Below are positions 61,868-64,000 of a DNA stretch of 64,000 bases, in pieces. A model generated the notes under the pieces. That model saw only the letters and a list, made by a program, of their open reading frames with translations. It did no database searches and had not been told where the DNA came from. The stretch spans positions 13,623,432-13,687,431 of the forward strand of contig NC_092679.1 in the NCBI RefSeq assembly GCF_964355755.1, read 5' to 3'. This DNA comes from Antedon mediterranea. Lineage: Eukaryota; Animalia; Echinodermata. The number at the start of each line of letters is the position of its first letter. Position 1 is the first letter of the stretch. The translations under genes and the position numbers were made by a program.

Positions 61868-62854
61868 TAAATTTACGTAAGGGCAAAATTCGGTAAATCA
61901 CGCGTTATTTCTAGAATGTTTACTCGATGGTATATAAAGTTGATTAGAATCTCGGTACTGATTTAAACCACCAGATGTAACCATGTTTACTAATTAAATT
62001 GAGTTAGATAATTAGTTATGGACAATTAAAACGAATTTAGGTTGAACGATTTGCCCCAAATAGGGGTGTTTTCCGACCGTAGTATATACTGTCTAATGGA
62101 TGTCCTCTTAAAAAATACCTGCACACAATAATACGAGGATGATAAATCACGCGTTAATTCTAGAATGTTTACTCGATGGTATATATAGTTGGTACGTACT
62201 TTTGATACTGATTTTAACCACCTGATGTAACCCTGTTTATTAATTAAATTGAGTTAGATAATTAGTTATTGACAATACCCGCATACAATAATACGAGGAT
62301 GATTCACATTTTCCTATCTCCTCCTACAATAATTGTTTTTAATGGCTGAAAACGGGTTGAACAGCTCGAGTGCAGTATCATAATGTTGAAGACAGGCCGA
62401 TTTTCTATTTTGATAGATTTAATATACGTTTATACAAATGTACTGATTTGCAATGAATAGAACATTAGTTGGTTTAAACATGCTTGCATACCTCCATGGT
62501 TTAACACAAGTAGGTAAATTTATGGGCAATTAGAGAATAAACATAAATAGTATTGTAATGCTATACAATACTGTAAATAGGTATTAACCACTTTTGATCG
62601 CCATTTGAATCGCAAATTTCTTATTGTGTGTCTTGATAGGCCTACTGTTAGATATAATATAAACAAATATACTAATAAACTTTATTACTGTGACTGTGTG
62701 GGTAGTCCCTACTTTTAGATTATAAATATATAATAATAATAATAATACTTTATTACTGACAGTTGCTTCTCCACGTTTGTACCTAGTTAAGCTTAGCCTA
62801 ACTGGTAGGCTCACTGCTCTGTAGGCGCCTAGTGCACGAGGGTACTGTGAAGTG

Positions 62855-62973
62855 TAATCTAATAAGGGCCACAATGGAAATAAGTTTGACCTTTGGTTAC
62901 TTTTTTGTGTTACCCTGAATTCATTCTTTGTATTTTTTTTTTATGCTGTGTTATTTTATGAATTCGAATAAAG

Positions 62974-63001
<28 letters not shown>
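62855..63001 (+). mobile_element. Very short retroposed LINE 3' end with poly(A) tail
   Basis: gggccacaatggaaataag..tttttgtgttaccctg resembles the 3' UTR at ~56815; AATAAA is followed by a long pure A-run (62974-63001). Confidence 0.6.
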
Positions 63002-63004
<3 letters not shown>

Positions 63005-63469
63005 GCCTAGCCTAGTAGGCTTGGTCTAGTCCTGATGACTTTTACATTGCTTAGCCTAGATTTCCGCATGAATACATTGTTTTTATTGTTATTCATTATT
63101 ATTGTATTTCTAAATGGGATCAGGTGTCGTTTTCGGCCACCTCGACTTGTATGGACTATTCCATTATAAAAAGATGGAAAAATAGGGGTGTCCAATTTAT
63201 TCATTTAGTGTGCTGATTTGTTAACATACTGCTGCTTTTGTTCTTTTGTTTAGTGCATTATGTCTCAGCAACAAAGGGAAAACAACTACGCCCCGCATGC
63301 TGCAGAATTTATTGCAGTTTTTCAAGTTAATAGGCATGCTGCAGAATTTATTGCAGTTTTTAAGTTAATACAGTATAAAATATATTATATATCAATTATG
63401 GCTCCTCTTTCTATATCATTTTTAAGGTATTTCTTCCCTAATACGGATATTAGGTGGATAATTTTTAAA

Positions 63470-64000
63470 CTGATTTATTGTTTCTGTATCTACAATCGTT
63501 TTATTTATTTACATTTAACATTAAATGTATCAGGTCACCAAAACAAAAATACATATCATTATGTCAATACATTTTTCTGTATCTGCAATTGTTTCATTTA
63601 TTTACATTTAACAAGTAGGCCTAGTCGTACTGTACTATAGTACAGTAAACAAGGTGATCATTAAAACAAAAATACATATTATTATGTCAATGAATCTATT
63701 ACCATTTTGTTTCTGTATCTACGATCGTTTCATTTATTTACAAGTAGGACTTGTCGTACTGTACTATAGTACAGTAAAACAAAGTGATCAGTAAAACAAC
63801 AATACATATTATTATGTCAATGAATCTATTACCATTTTGTTTCTGTATCTACGATCGTTTCATTTATTTACATTTAAGTAGGCCTAGTCGTAATGTACTA
63901 TAGTACTATAGTACAGTAATCGAGGTGATCATTAAAACAAAAATACATAGTATGTCAATGAATCTGTTCCTATGTTGTTTCTTTATCTACAATCGTGTTT
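63470..64000. repeat. ~125-140-bp tandem repeat, 4-5 copies, continuing past the window end
   Basis: Unit includes tatgtcaatgaatctattaccattttgtttctgtatctacgatcgtttcatttatttaca..tgtactatagtacagtaa..gtgatcattaaaacaaaaataca. Confidence 0.9.

Overview
AT-rich, intron-containing animal DNA, heavily colonised by transposons. The repeat and gene content suggests a marine invertebrate, possibly an echinoderm, but this is inference. Host genes assembled by hand: a 10-coding-exon GDP-D-glucose phosphorylase (GDPGP1, minus strand, ~355 aa); a 3-exon divergent secreted FGF (plus strand, 216 aa); an NLR-like gene with a tandem-DED-like exon spliced directly to a single 22-LRR exon and no NACHT domain; just upstream on the same strand, an intronless Ser/Thr kinase ORF with a putative Cys/Asp-x-His peptidase-like C-terminal domain; and a frameshifted ~200-aa low-complexity gene. 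The kinase ORF has an in-frame donor that could splice it to the DED-LRR exons, giving a ~1435-aa kinase-peptidase-DED-DED-LRR protein; this is the top candidate for an undescribed system. Mobile DNA includes a Penelope-like element with an inverted pseudo-LTR and variant-core hammerhead ribozymes inside a GDPGP1 intron, a gag-protease-only mini LTR element, two decayed Gypsy elements with nested insertions, many CR1/L2-group LINE fragments, MITEs with clear TIRs/TSDs, Helentron-like non-autonomous elements and several minisatellites. All domain calls come from motif recognition by eye; no database searches were run.
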